Virus record (IMG/VR): IMGVR_UViG_3300045988_065517
Span: 1 to 51,874 of that record
Source of the DNA: a virus
Reading direction: 5' to 3' (one strand)
Length of the DNA stretch: 51,874 nt
Part shown: piece after piece, positions 7,985 through 17,191 of the stretch
How positions within the stretch are numbered: position 1 is the first letter of the stretch
Layout: every line of letters starts with the position of its first letter
The notes under the pieces: generated by a model
What the model was told of the DNA's origin: nothing
Database searches by the model: none
What the model saw: only the letters and a program-made list of their open reading frames with translations
Position numbers and translations under genes: made by a program

Positions 7985-9252
7985 AATTACAGATACTTAA
8001 TAGAATACTTGAGAGAAGAAGCACATCCATCCTGCAGGATAATAATATTACAGCTGATTATTTTAATCAATATAGCGAGGAATATGAATACATAGCACAA
8101 CATATAGCGAAGTATGGTAATGTTCCTGATAAGGAAACATTCCTTTCAGATTTCCCTGAATTTGATATATTGAATGTAAATGAATCTGACGAATACCTCG
8201 TTAAGACTTTCCGTGAGGAACACTTGTATTCAAAGTCAGTTCCAATAATTACCAAGTTGGCTGAATTGTTACAGACGGATTCATATGAAGCTGTGGATTA
8301 CTTAAAGTCACATATGGACGACTTAAATATAAATACAGATTCTATAGGTGTTGATATTATAAAGCACAGCGAAGACAGATTTAATGAGTGGCAAGACACC
8401 AAGCAGAATAAAGATGTTAAATTTATTCCTAGTGGGTTCAAGGAGATTGATGATGATTTAGGTGGTTGGCACCGTGGTGAAGAATTAGTAGTGTTGTTGG
8501 CTAGAACTGGTCAAGGAAAATCTTGGGTTATCATCAAGATGCTTGAGCACGCTTGGAAGATGAAGATGCGAGTAGGGTTGGTTGAGCCTGAAATGTCAGC
8601 GAATAAAACAGGATTTAGATTTGATACAGTACATCAGAATATAAGTTCTCAAGCCTTATATAGAGGTGATGACATACAGGGCTATGATAAGTATATCAAT
8701 CATTTATCGCAGTCAGATACTCCATTCTATGTGAGCTCTTTGCGTGATTTCGATAATAAGATAACAGTTAGCAAACTTAAGACTTGGTGCCAAAATAATG
8801 AATTGGATATACTGGCTATAGACGGAATTAGCTACATTAAGGATGAACGTATGCAACGTGGTGATAATAAAACTACTCAACTAACCAATATTAGTGAAGA
8901 CCTGATGCAGTTGAGCATTGATTTGGGAATACCTATATTAGTGGTCGTTCAGTCCAACAGAGCAGGAACACAGAATGAAGATTTAGAGTTAGAGAACATT
9001 AGGGATAGTGATGGAATAGCTTATAATGCGTCTGTGGTTCTTTCAATTCAACAGAAAGAAGTAGGATTGCAGATACAGAATGTTAAGTCCAGAAATGCCA
9101 GAGTTGGACTTAAATGGGTGTATCTATGGGATACGGATAAGGGAACTTTCGAATACATTCCACAACCTGAAAAGGGTGAGCAAGATGAAGAAAAAGCTCA
9201 AGAATTAAGGAGACGCTATGCCGATGTTGAGATTAGAGGGGAGGAATATTAA
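7978..9252 (+). CDS. DnaB-family replicative helicase
   Basis: GFKEIDDDLGGWHRGEELVVLLARTGQGKSW (Walker A) and a RecA-like C-terminal domain. ATG at 7978 has an AAGAGG RBS. A GTG at 7969 is an alternative start. Confidence 0.8.
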   Translation: MVELQILNRILERRSTSILQDNNITADYFNQYSEEYEYIAQHIAKYGNVPDKETFLSDFPEFDILNVNESDEYLVKTFREEHLYSKSVPIITKLAELLQTDSYEAVDYLKSHMDDLNINTDSIGVDIIKHSEDRFNEWQDTKQNKDVKFIPSGFKEIDDDLGGWHRGEELVVLLARTGQGKSWVIIKMLEHAWKMKMRVGLVEPEMSANKTGFRFDTVHQNISSQALYRGDDIQGYDKYINHLSQSDTPFYVSSLRDFDNKITVSKLKTWCQNNELDILAIDGISYIKDERMQRGDNKTTQLTNISEDLMQLSIDLGIPILVVVQSNRAGTQNEDLELENIRDSDGIAYNASVVLSIQQKEVGLQIQNVKSRNARVGLKWVYLWDTDKGTFEYIPQPEKGEQDEEKAQELRRRYADVEIRGEEY

Positions 9253-9543
9253 ATGATATTTGTAATTGACTTTCTAAAATATGATACAAATAAAATGAAA
9301 TTAATATCAGATAAATGTGATTACAGGTATACACTGGTTAATCCATTATTTGAATATGGATTAACTTGTTTGGCTATCGATGTTAAATTATGGATGAGTA
9401 ATAAAGGACGATATTTATTAACTTATAGAAAACAAGGTATATGGTGTGCAAAATCTTTAGAAGAAGATGAGGTCAAATCTTTATTATTAAAATATGATTT
9501 GTCAAAATATGAAGAATTATTTGGAGAGTTAGAGGAAGGCTAA
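9253..9543 (+). CDS. Hypothetical protein
   Basis: Coupled start (TAAATG), 96 aa. Confidence 0.6.
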   Translation: MIFVIDFLKYDTNKMKLISDKCDYRYTLVNPLFEYGLTCLAIDVKLWMSNKGRYLLTYRKQGIWCAKSLEEDEVKSLLLKYDLSKYEELFGELEEG

Positions 9544-9544
9544 A

Positions 9545-10567
9545 ATGATAAAAATACAAGATACAATTATACAATCTGATACTCAATCAGTTTTAGATAT
9601 GCTTAAATTTGACCTTGCTCAACACGGAATAGATAGATTTCATATATTTAGACCTAATGGGTCTAATATTCAGACAAACTGTCCATTCCATAAGCAGGGG
9701 CGGGAAAGGAAACCATCATTCGGCGTGAATGGTGAAAAAGATAAATGTCACTGCTTTGCTTGTGGATGGAGCGGTTCTATAGAAGAAATGGTATCTGAAC
9801 TATTCGGTTATAATGATGCAGGAAAGTTCGGAAAAAGATGGTTAATAAAAAGATTTAATACGATTGAAATTGAAACAAGAAAAAATATAATGGAGGATTT
9901 TAGAAATGATAACAATACCTTATGTAGTAATTTGTATAATCGGGGCAATAAGCGGAGTGATAGGATATTATGTGGGAAGACACGACAAGTAAAATTAAGT
10001 GATAAAAAAGAACAATCCGAAATCACAGAAGAAGAATTAGACAAATATAGATATATTCACCCTTATATGTATGAGAGAGGATTAACAGATGAAATTATAG
10101 AAAGGTTTGATATAGGATATGACAGAGAGCGAAAAGAAATTACATTTCCAGTTAGAGACATTGGAGGAAGATGTGTCTTTGTTGCAGGAAGAAGTGTCAA
10201 AAGCAAATTTTTCAGACTCCCGAAAGAAAAGGATAAACCAGTATATCAAGGATATAGATTTGTTACTGGAACGTATAGAACAGCTTATATCACAGAATCC
10301 TTTTTAAATTGTTTGACTTGCTGGAAGTATAATAAACCTGCTATGGCGTTAATCGGGACAGGTAATGAAAAGCAATATAAGATATTGGAGAAGCTACCAG
10401 TTCGAGAATATATTTTAGCATTTGACCCAGACGATGCAGGAAGAAAAGCAACAGAAAGATTCAGAAAGAATGTACACGGAAAAATTATAAAAGAACTTGT
10501 ATATACTGATGAACGAGATATTAATGACCTACAGCAAGAATTTTTAAACTGCAAAATAATTTTTTAA
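9545..10567 (+). CDS. DNA primase (CHC2 zinc finger plus TOPRIM)
   Basis: CPFHKQGRERKPSF...CHCFACGWSG zinc finger. TOPRIM-like ITESFLN...AFDPDDAGRKA. Confidence 0.8.
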   Translation: MIKIQDTIIQSDTQSVLDMLKFDLAQHGIDRFHIFRPNGSNIQTNCPFHKQGRERKPSFGVNGEKDKCHCFACGWSGSIEEMVSELFGYNDAGKFGKRWLIKRFNTIEIETRKNIMEDFRNDNNTLCSNLYNRGNKRSDRILCGKTRQVKLSDKKEQSEITEEELDKYRYIHPYMYERGLTDEIIERFDIGYDRERKEITFPVRDIGGRCVFVAGRSVKSKFFRLPKEKDKPVYQGYRFVTGTYRTAYITESFLNCLTCWKYNKPAMALIGTGNEKQYKILEKLPVREYILAFDPDDAGRKATERFRKNVHGKIIKELVYTDERDINDLQQEFLNCKIIF

Positions 10568-10586
10568 TTTTTTTTAAATTTAGGTA

Positions 10587-10615
10587 TTTACATATTGTAA
10601 TACATATGTTATACT
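10587..10615 (+). promoter_or_regulatory. Promoter cassette P3 (TTTACA-N17-TGtTATACT)
   Basis: Preceded by TTTTTAATTTTTTTAAATTTA. The spacer carries TGTAATACA. The leader CAGAAGTTAAGAAATAACAA follows. Confidence 0.7.
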
Positions 10616-10666
10616 AATTACAGAAGTTAAGAAATAACAACAAACAGGCTTTAGGAGGTAATATAA

Positions 10667-10807
10667 ATGTATAGACGTGCGATAGTAGATGAATTAGGTA
10701 TGGTAATGTACTAGTGTAGTGAATTATCAGATGAACACATTAAAAATATCTTAATTGAATATCCCGATTGTTCAATTAGATGCGTGAAAGAAGAAAATGA
10801 TTTATAA
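10667..10807 (+). pseudogene. Small ORF interrupted by an in-frame TAG (10712-10714): MYRRAIVDELGMVMY*CSELSDEHIKNILIEYPDCSIRCVKEENDL
   Basis: AGGAGG RBS before the ATG at 10667. 15 codons, then TAG, then 30 more sense codons in the same frame before TAA. Confidence 0.55.
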
Positions 10808-10881
10808 CGTATTTTACAGAAAAAGATGAGTTTAGACTATAAAATTCAATGTGAAGCGATAACACATATAAACACTAATAT

Positions 10882-10953
10882 AGTCCTATCGCCAAATGGT
10901 AAGGCACAGGATTTTGATTCCTGTATTTATCGGTTCGAATCCGATTAGGGCTG
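10882..10953 (+). tRNA. tRNA-Gln, anticodon UUG
   Basis: Manual cloverleaf: acceptor AGTCCTA/TAGGGCT, D arm GCC-AAATGGTAA-GGC, anticodon arm CAGGA-TTTTGAT-TCCTG, T arm ATCGG-TTCGAAT-CCGAT. Close to the bacterial tRNA-Gln pattern. No encoded CCA. Confidence 0.85.
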
Positions 10954-10974
10954 TCAACCAGACTAACTGGTTGA
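10954..10974 (+). other. 8-bp hairpin directly after the tRNA, a possible processing or termination signal
   Basis: TCAACCAG-ACTAA-CTGGTTGA. T-rich tracts follow only about 10 nt later. Confidence 0.4.
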
Positions 10975-11159
10975 GTGTTTACCTTTTCTGTTTTTTCATA
11001 TTATTTACCTTAGGTTGGCTAATCGTTGGATTTTAGGTGGTTCGATTCCACTATAGCCAATTTCCTACCAGCATATAAAATAATGGGATAAAGGCAGAAT
11101 AAAGCTGTGAATATGCCTAAAAGATAAACAAGACCCACACGATAAGAAAGGAGAAAAAG

Positions 11160-11816
11160 ATGGGAAGAATTGATGTAAACGATATTGACAAATATTCAAG
11201 TGGTAATTCAAGCGAGTGGCTTAAATTACAGAATGATGGTGATGTGGCAAGAGTGCAGTTTCTGTATGACAAGTATACAGATTTAGATGCGTTCGTATGT
11301 CATAAGGTTAAGATTGGAGATACAGAAAGATATGTAGACTGTAAGCGAACATATGATGACCCATTGGATGCTTGTCCACTGTGTGAAGCAGGTATTCCAA
11401 TTAAACCAGTAATGATTCTAGCTATGTATGACCACGCAGATGGAAAGATTAAGATTTGGGAAAGAGGTAAGACATTCATTAAGAAGATTGAAGCTTTATT
11501 CAATAGATACCCTAATTTATCAAATATGGTATTTGAGATTGAAAGAAGAGGTGCAAAAGGTGACAAGAAAACTCAGTATGAGATTTTTCCAATGCCAGAT
11601 GTGGAACCAGTTGATTTAAGTGAGATTGAAAAGCCTGAATTTTTAGGTTCATTCATCTTGGATAAGACACCAGATGAAATGATGACTTACCTTAATACAG
11701 GCTCTTTCCCACAGGAAGATAATAATAATGATAATGTATCAGAACGTCGCAGAAATAATGAACCTATTAGACGTGAAGGTGGTTCAAGAAGAACAAGTCG
11801 ACGTGTAGCATATTAA
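11160..11816 (+). CDS. Single-stranded DNA-binding protein, T4 gp32-like
   Basis: EWLKLQNDGDVARVQFL, a Zn-site-like H..(x)C...CPLC, and KIWERGKTFIKKIEAL parallel gp32 EWKLKLD..AVIRFL / CPVC / FGKKIWDKI. Basic/acidic C-terminal tail. Confidence 0.6.
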   Translation: MGRIDVNDIDKYSSGNSSEWLKLQNDGDVARVQFLYDKYTDLDAFVCHKVKIGDTERYVDCKRTYDDPLDACPLCEAGIPIKPVMILAMYDHADGKIKIWERGKTFIKKIEALFNRYPNLSNMVFEIERRGAKGDKKTQYEIFPMPDVEPVDLSEIEKPEFLGSFILDKTPDEMMTYLNTGSFPQEDNNNDNVSERRRNNEPIRREGGSRRTSRRVAY

Positions 11817-11831
11817 GAGGAGGAAATATAT

Positions 11832-12086
11832 ATGATAGTTGTTGAAGGTGGAAAAATACAGTTAGAGGGGACACTGGTTGAAATTCAGGCAGAATTAAGT
11901 ACATTGATATATACATTTAATAAGCAAAATATTTTAGATAAGAAGGACCTCGAAGAAGCTATTGCTGAAGGATTTATGAGTGTAGAAGAGCTCAGAAAAG
12001 ACCCTGAAGAACGTCACGAAATAGCAAAGCAATTATTTCCAGAAGGTCACTTATTACACGATATTTTGAAGGATATATTCAGTTAG
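11832..12086 (+). CDS. Hypothetical protein
   Basis: GGAGG RBS, 84 aa. Confidence 0.6.
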   Translation: MIVVEGGKIQLEGTLVEIQAELSTLIYTFNKQNILDKKDLEEAIAEGFMSVEELRKDPEERHEIAKQLFPEGHLLHDILKDIFS

Positions 12087-14357
12087 ATGGCTCTATCTTT
12101 TGCAAGAAAAACAGTTAAAGATAAGAATATAGTCAATAAAGCTAAAAATGCTAAAACAAGAACATCAGTTCGCACAGGAACAAATTTAGCCTCACAAATT
12201 CAGACAATGACAATGATTGCTGAATCTAAATTGGCACATCATAAGGACGATTATATTCTTATCAGAACTGTTGAAGAATTAGAAGAATATAGAAAGGCTA
12301 TAGCAGACGCCGAAGAGTGTGCTATAGATACAGAAACAACAGGATTAAATCCTTTATTGGTTGATTTAGTTGGTGTGTGCTTGTATGTTCCAGGAAAGAA
12401 AGCAGCTTATATACCTGTAGGACATAAGTCACACATCACAGGACAAAAAGTAAATAATCAAATAGAATCAAAGGATTTAATTGAGTTTTTTAATAAATTA
12501 AAAGACGTAAAATGGATATTCCACAATGCTAAATATGATATAAGAGTTCTTAGACATACATTAAGAGTATATCTTGAACCTTATTGGGATACGCAGTTAG
12601 GAGCTTGCTGTATAGATGAGAATGAAAGTCACAGACTTAAAGACTTGCATTTGAAATATTGTGATAGCACAGACACCGAATCACTCACATTTGATAAGTT
12701 ATTTGGGGGAATCACATTTGATTTAGTTCCGATAAAAGTTGCTTACCTCTATGCAGCAGGTGATGCTATTAAGACTTATGAACTTTATCAATACCAAAAA
12801 GGCTTATTGAATAGAAGAGTATTATCTGGTCCTTATAATGTATTCCATAACATTGAAATGCCATTGATTACAGTTGTGGCAGATATGGAAGACAGAGGAG
12901 TATGTCTAGATTCTGAAGTGTGTGAATATTTACACGAAAAATATCATAAAATTAAGGAAGAACGACAGAAACAGGCAGATGAAGCGATAGCGATGTATAA
13001 GGAGCAAATTGATAACTATAAGATGAAGAATCCTAATCATAAGCTATCCGACCCTATTTCTTTAACAAGTCCTACACAGTTGGCTATTCTTTTTTATGAT
13101 ATTTTAGGACTTACAAGCCCTGATAAGAAATCACCTAGAGGTACAGGTGAAGAAATATTGAAACACTTTGCTAAGGGTAAAGAGAAGAATCTATGTGAAG
13201 CAATATTAGGAATCAGAAATGTAGATAAGCTCTTGAATACTTATATAGACAAGATGCCACAGATTGCTCTTGATGATGGTAGAGTACACGCAAGCTATAA
13301 TCAATATGGTGCGAAGACTGGTAGATTTAGCTCTAGTGACCCTAACTTGCAGAATATTCCATCACATAATAAAGAAATCAGAAAGATGTTCAAGGCTCAA
13401 GATGGATATGTATTAATTGGTGCAGATTATAGCCAGCAGGAACCAATGGTTACAGCCCATTTATCAAATGATAAGAAAATGCAAGATGCCTTCATTCACG
13501 GTAAAGATATATATGCTACCATTGCAGGATTAGCATTTCATAAACTTTATGAAGAATGCCTGGAGTTTAGGGAAGATGGAACAGTAAATCCAGCAGGTAA
13601 AGAAAGAAGAACACAGGCAAAAAGCATCGTATTGGGTATCTTGTATGGAAGACAAATTCCATCCATTGCCGAACAATTAGGAGTATCAACCAGAGAAGCT
13701 CAGGATATATATGATGCTGTGTTAAGAGCTTTTCCTCAGTTAGCCCAATTCATTGACGAATCACAGAGGATGGCTAAAGAGTTAGGATATGTGACTACTG
13801 CTTGGGGAAGACGCAGACACCTCAAGGATATGCAATTAGACCAGTATGATTTCAGTTATAGTGGGAATGTAACTAATTTTGACCCATTGGCTTTCGGCAA
13901 GAGTGTTTCCGTTGAAGTCCCTGAAAGCGTTAAAAAAAGTTATATTAAACAGCTAGAAAGAGCCTATGGCTGGCAAAAGAAAAATCAAATAATACAGCAG
14001 GCTTTATCTCAAGGAATTAAAATAAAAGATAATGGTGGATTCATTGCACAAGCAGAAAGACAGTGTGTAAATGCTAGAGTACAAGGTTCTGCAGCAGATA
14101 TGGCTAAATTAGCAATGATAGCGATTAATAATGATGAAAAGATGAAAGAACTTGATTTTCACTTATTAATACAGGTACACGATGAAGTTATAGGGGAATG
14201 TCCAGAAGAGAATATGAAAGAAGCTAGTGAAAGGCTTTCATATCTAATGAGAACAGCACCTAGTCATCTAATCAAATTACCTTTTAAATGTGACTGTGAA
14301 ATTACTCGAAATTGGTATGGTGAAGAAGTGGAGATTGAATTATGGAATTGTATTTAG
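12087..14357 (+). CDS. Family A (Pol I-type) DNA polymerase with a 3'-5' exonuclease domain
   Basis: Exo I DTETTGL. Pol motif A GADYSQQEP, motif B RRTQAKSIVLGILYG and motif C LIQVHDEV. Confidence 0.9.
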   Translation: MALSFARKTVKDKNIVNKAKNAKTRTSVRTGTNLASQIQTMTMIAESKLAHHKDDYILIRTVEELEEYRKAIADAEECAIDTETTGLNPLLVDLVGVCLYVPGKKAAYIPVGHKSHITGQKVNNQIESKDLIEFFNKLKDVKWIFHNAKYDIRVLRHTLRVYLEPYWDTQLGACCIDENESHRLKDLHLKYCDSTDTESLTFDKLFGGITFDLVPIKVAYLYAAGDAIKTYELYQYQKGLLNRRVLSGPYNVFHNIEMPLITVVADMEDRGVCLDSEVCEYLHEKYHKIKEERQKQADEAIAMYKEQIDNYKMKNPNHKLSDPISLTSPTQLAILFYDILGLTSPDKKSPRGTGEEILKHFAKGKEKNLCEAILGIRNVDKLLNTYIDKMPQIALDDGRVHASYNQYGAKTGRFSSSDPNLQNIPSHNKEIRKMFKAQDGYVLIGADYSQQEPMVTAHLSNDKKMQDAFIHGKDIYATIAGLAFHKLYEECLEFREDGTVNPAGKERRTQAKSIVLGILYGRQIPSIAEQLGVSTREAQDIYDAVLRAFPQLAQFIDESQRMAKELGYVTTAWGRRRHLKDMQLDQYDFSYSGNVTNFDPLAFGKSVSVEVPESVKKSYIKQLERAYGWQKKNQIIQQALSQGIKIKDNGGFIAQAERQCVNARVQGSAADMAKLAMIAINNDEKMKELDFHLLIQVHDEVIGECPEENMKEASERLSYLMRTAPSHLIKLPFKCDCEITRNWYGEEVEIELWNCI

Positions 14358-15499
14358 CCGGTGTGGATAGAAAGCATCTAATTAACTCTAAAAATGAAAG
14401 ATTGGATGATACATTATATTCTAATGCTTTATTTAGCTATCTTCAAAAGAATGATATAAATTCCTATATATATAATAGGAATAACTTATATGATATTACG
14501 ACTGATTTATTGAATAATAAAGGATATTTTTATAAAGCTATGAGATTATATTTAGCAGGAGCTGATAAATTTAGAAAGGAAGAAGTGAAACAGTATATGA
14601 AACTTTACTTAGCGGGGATGAAAGAATCTTGTGTAGATAAGATTGATCGTAATGCTTTATTTAGTTATATAGACAAAGGCAAATTGCAATTTGATAAATT
14701 AAAGGATTTCATAAAACCTGGAAAATTGTTCATTGATTCGGGTGCATTCAGTGCTTGGACGAAAGGTGCTAAGATAAACGTGAAGGAATACATTAGATGG
14801 TTGAACGAGAGAGCAGAAGATATACATCTTTGTGGACAAGTAGATGTCATTCCTGGTGATAGAGTATTTGGTGCTACATCTAAGCAGGTTAGAGAAGCTG
14901 CACAGGCAACGTGGGATAATTATCTTTTTATGAGAAAAAGATTGAAGAATCCTTCAGCTTTACTCTATACATATCACGTAGGTGAGCCTATTGAATTTTT
15001 GAAAAGGGCTTTGGAATGGAAGGACGAAAACGGCGAATATATACCTTATATGGCTTTAGGTGGTATGGTAGGAAAACCCGCTAAAATAAGGGATGTATTT
15101 CTTGAAAATTGCTTTAGAACTATAAGAGAATCCAGTAACCCTAATATCAAGGTTCACGCTTTTGGTATGACTGATTTTGAATTATTAGAAAAATATCCTA
15201 TTTATTCAGCCGATAGTACTAGCTGGATTGTGGTAGGGGCAATGGGAAATGTGATGAGTGATTATGGAAATATAGCGGTATCAAATAAACAAATACACGA
15301 TAAGAATCATTATAGTCATCTACCAACGAAAGCTATAGAAGATTTTAGTAAGATAATTCAGGAATTTGGATTCACCCTAGATGAATTAGCTGAACATAGG
15401 GATAACCGTATATTATTTAATGCTTTGTATATGCAGAAGAAAGTGAACGAATTGAATAACAAAGAAAGAAAATTCACTTTTAGAAAAAAACTTTTCTAA
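14342..15499 (+). CDS. dpdA: DpdA-like DNA-guanine transglycosylase (TGT superfamily)
   Basis: TGT-like motifs FIDSGAFSAW, YMALGGMVGK, KVHAFGMTD and YSADSTSW. Adjacent to a preQ0 synthesis gene set. The N-terminus carries a triplicated M-x-LYLAG motif. Confidence 0.7.
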   Translation: MELYLAGVDRKHLINSKNERLDDTLYSNALFSYLQKNDINSYIYNRNNLYDITTDLLNNKGYFYKAMRLYLAGADKFRKEEVKQYMKLYLAGMKESCVDKIDRNALFSYIDKGKLQFDKLKDFIKPGKLFIDSGAFSAWTKGAKINVKEYIRWLNERAEDIHLCGQVDVIPGDRVFGATSKQVREAAQATWDNYLFMRKRLKNPSALLYTYHVGEPIEFLKRALEWKDENGEYIPYMALGGMVGKPAKIRDVFLENCFRTIRESSNPNIKVHAFGMTDFELLEKYPIYSADSTSWIVVGAMGNVMSDYGNIAVSNKQIHDKNHYSHLPTKAIEDFSKIIQEFGFTLDELAEHRDNRILFNALYMQKKVNELNNKERKFTFRKKLF

Positions 15500-15504
15500 A
15501 TCAC

Positions 15505-15533
15505 TTGTATTATCTCCTTATATGTGTTACAAT
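15505..15533 (+). promoter_or_regulatory. Promoter cassette P4 (TTGTAT-N17-TACAAT)
   Basis: TCACTTGTAT...TATGTGTTACAATATATACAAGTTAAGAGATAACAAAC. Confidence 0.65.
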
Positions 15534-15580
15534 ATATACAAGTTAAGAGATAACAAACACATATAAGGAGGATACATATT

Positions 15581-15769
15581 ATGAAATTAGTAAATAACAA
15601 CAAAGGAATTGAATTTGAGGGAACTGCATATGTATACAACACAGAGGACGAAGCAAAGAAAATGCTGGCAGACATCGAAGCAGTAAGCAAGTTTCACAAG
15701 GTAGACATTCACAAAGTTCTGTTTGACACTTGTGTAGAGATTACAGAACCAGTTATGAGCATTAGATAA
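15581..15769 (+). CDS. Hypothetical small protein
   Basis: First ORF after P4, with an AAGGAGG RBS. Confidence 0.65.
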   Translation: MKLVNNNKGIEFEGTAYVYNTEDEAKKMLADIEAVSKFHKVDIHKVLFDTCVEITEPVMSIR

Positions 15770-15985
15770 TTTAAAGTTCTGATGTACAGGTTTCATATAA
15801 AGAAGGTTATAAATATTATCTTCCTGTACATTATTTTATAGCGTATGAACACATAGATTATTTGGATATTATGGAAACTTTTTTGAAGAGTTATTTATAA
15901 TAGAGATTATTAAGAAAGTGAGGAAACCACTATGAATAAAAAACCAGATTCATCGTAGTATGTCAAAAGGAGAGTTCTATTTTAT

Positions 15986-16402
15986 ATGATTGTTTTAATT
16001 GGATGTGGAAAGAAGAAAAATAATATTGAGTGTGAAGCTCGGTATATGTATCAAGGCGATTTTTTCATAACTTGTTTAAACTATGCAAAAACATTTAATT
16101 GTCCAATTTATATCTTGTCTGCAAAATATGGTTTACTATCTTTAAATACAGTTATTGCTCCATACGATATGACATTAAATAGTATGAATCGCGAAGAATC
16201 TCTATGTTGGGCTAGGTATGTCAAGCAACAGTTTGATGAAAATCATCTTGAAAACGAGAAAGCAATTTTTTTATGTGGGAAAAATTATTATAAATATTTA
16301 TTGGATTATTTTAAAGAGTATGAGTTACCATTAAAAGGATTGTCTGGGATGGGGTATCAAATTCAGTATATGAAATCAAAAATGAAAAGGAGATTATTTT
16401 AA
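15986..16402 (+). CDS. DUF6884-like protein of unknown function, embedded in the deazaguanine island
   Basis: MIVLIGCGKKK...YMYQGDFF...YILSAKYGLLSLNTVIAPYDMTL matches my recollection of the DUF6884 signature (GC..K / SAK.GLL / PYD). Its stop overlaps the queC start (TAATG). Confidence 0.5.
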   Translation: MIVLIGCGKKKNNIECEARYMYQGDFFITCLNYAKTFNCPIYILSAKYGLLSLNTVIAPYDMTLNSMNREESLCWARYVKQQFDENHLENEKAIFLCGKNYYKYLLDYFKEYELPLKGLSGMGYQIQYMKSKMKRRLF

Positions 16403-17103
16403 TGAAAGCATTAGTATTAAATTCAGGTGGTGTAGATTCAACAACTTGTGTTGCAATAGCAGTAGATAAATATGGTAAAGAAAATGTTATAACAGCTTCT
16501 TTATATTATGGTCAGAAACACGATAAAGAATTACAGTGTGCTAGGAAGATAGCAGATTATTATGATGTAAGACATATTGAAGAAGATATATCTAATGTTA
16601 TGAAGTATGCAGGAGAAGTTTGTTCCCTTGTTAAGGGTTCTAAGGATGAAATCTTGGATATGAGTTATGCCGACCAGATTAAGCAGAATGGAGAGGGTAG
16701 AGTTGGTACTTATGTACCTTTCAGAAATGGTTTACTTCTTTCTATTGCAACTGCTTTTGCAGATAGTTTATTTCCTGGAGAAGAAGTAGAAATCTTTTAC
16801 GGAGCCCACGCAGATGATGCAGCGGGTGAAGCTTATGCCGATTGTTCTCCAGAATTTGCAGATGCTATGGATAAGGCAATTAATATTGGAACTTATGGTA
16901 AGATTCATATTAACAGACCTCTTATTCATTTGAATAAAGCCGGAGTCGTAGCTGAAGGATTAAAGCTCAATGTACCTTATGAATTAACCTGGAGCTGTTA
17001 TCACGGACGAGAAAAGGCTTGTGGTGTTTGTGGTACTTGTATAGATAGAATAGCAGCCTTCAAGGCTAACGGTATTGAGGACCCCATCTCTTATGAGAAT
17101 TAG
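16402..17103 (+). CDS. queC: 7-cyano-7-deazaguanine (preQ0) synthase
   Basis: PP-loop LNSGGVDSTTC and C-terminal Zn cluster CYHG..KACGVCGTC. Confidence 0.9.
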   Translation: MKALVLNSGGVDSTTCVAIAVDKYGKENVITASLYYGQKHDKELQCARKIADYYDVRHIEEDISNVMKYAGEVCSLVKGSKDEILDMSYADQIKQNGEGRVGTYVPFRNGLLLSIATAFADSLFPGEEVEIFYGAHADDAAGEAYADCSPEFADAMDKAINIGTYGKIHINRPLIHLNKAGVVAEGLKLNVPYELTWSCYHGREKACGVCGTCIDRIAAFKANGIEDPISYEN

Positions 17104-17191
17104 GGAAAATATAGTTTTTTGGATAGCCATAGGTATTCAGGTATTAGCTTTAATATTAGCATTATTAATTTATAGATACGGAGGAAAATAA

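Noticed and set aside
10119-10307. Alternative-frame + strand ORFs inside primase (10119-10307), SSB (11428-11619) and major tail protein (41790-41981)
   Set aside because: They are embedded in genes with clear motifs or positions, and they have no RBS and a composition-driven sequence.
10882-10953. Suppressor tRNA
   Set aside because: The anticodon loop reads TT-TTG-AT, giving anticodon UUG (ordinary Gln), not CUA or UUA. Any role in readthrough would have to be near-cognate, so this is kept only as a hypothesis.
15900-15985. preQ1 riboswitch upstream of the que genes
   Set aside because: AUAAAAAACCAG and GAGAGUUCUA resemble fragments of the preQ1-I consensus. However, I could not build the required P1 helix, the conserved loop C or the pseudoknot pairing. 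The 7-codon mini-ORF there (MNKKPDSS) is also too weak to call.
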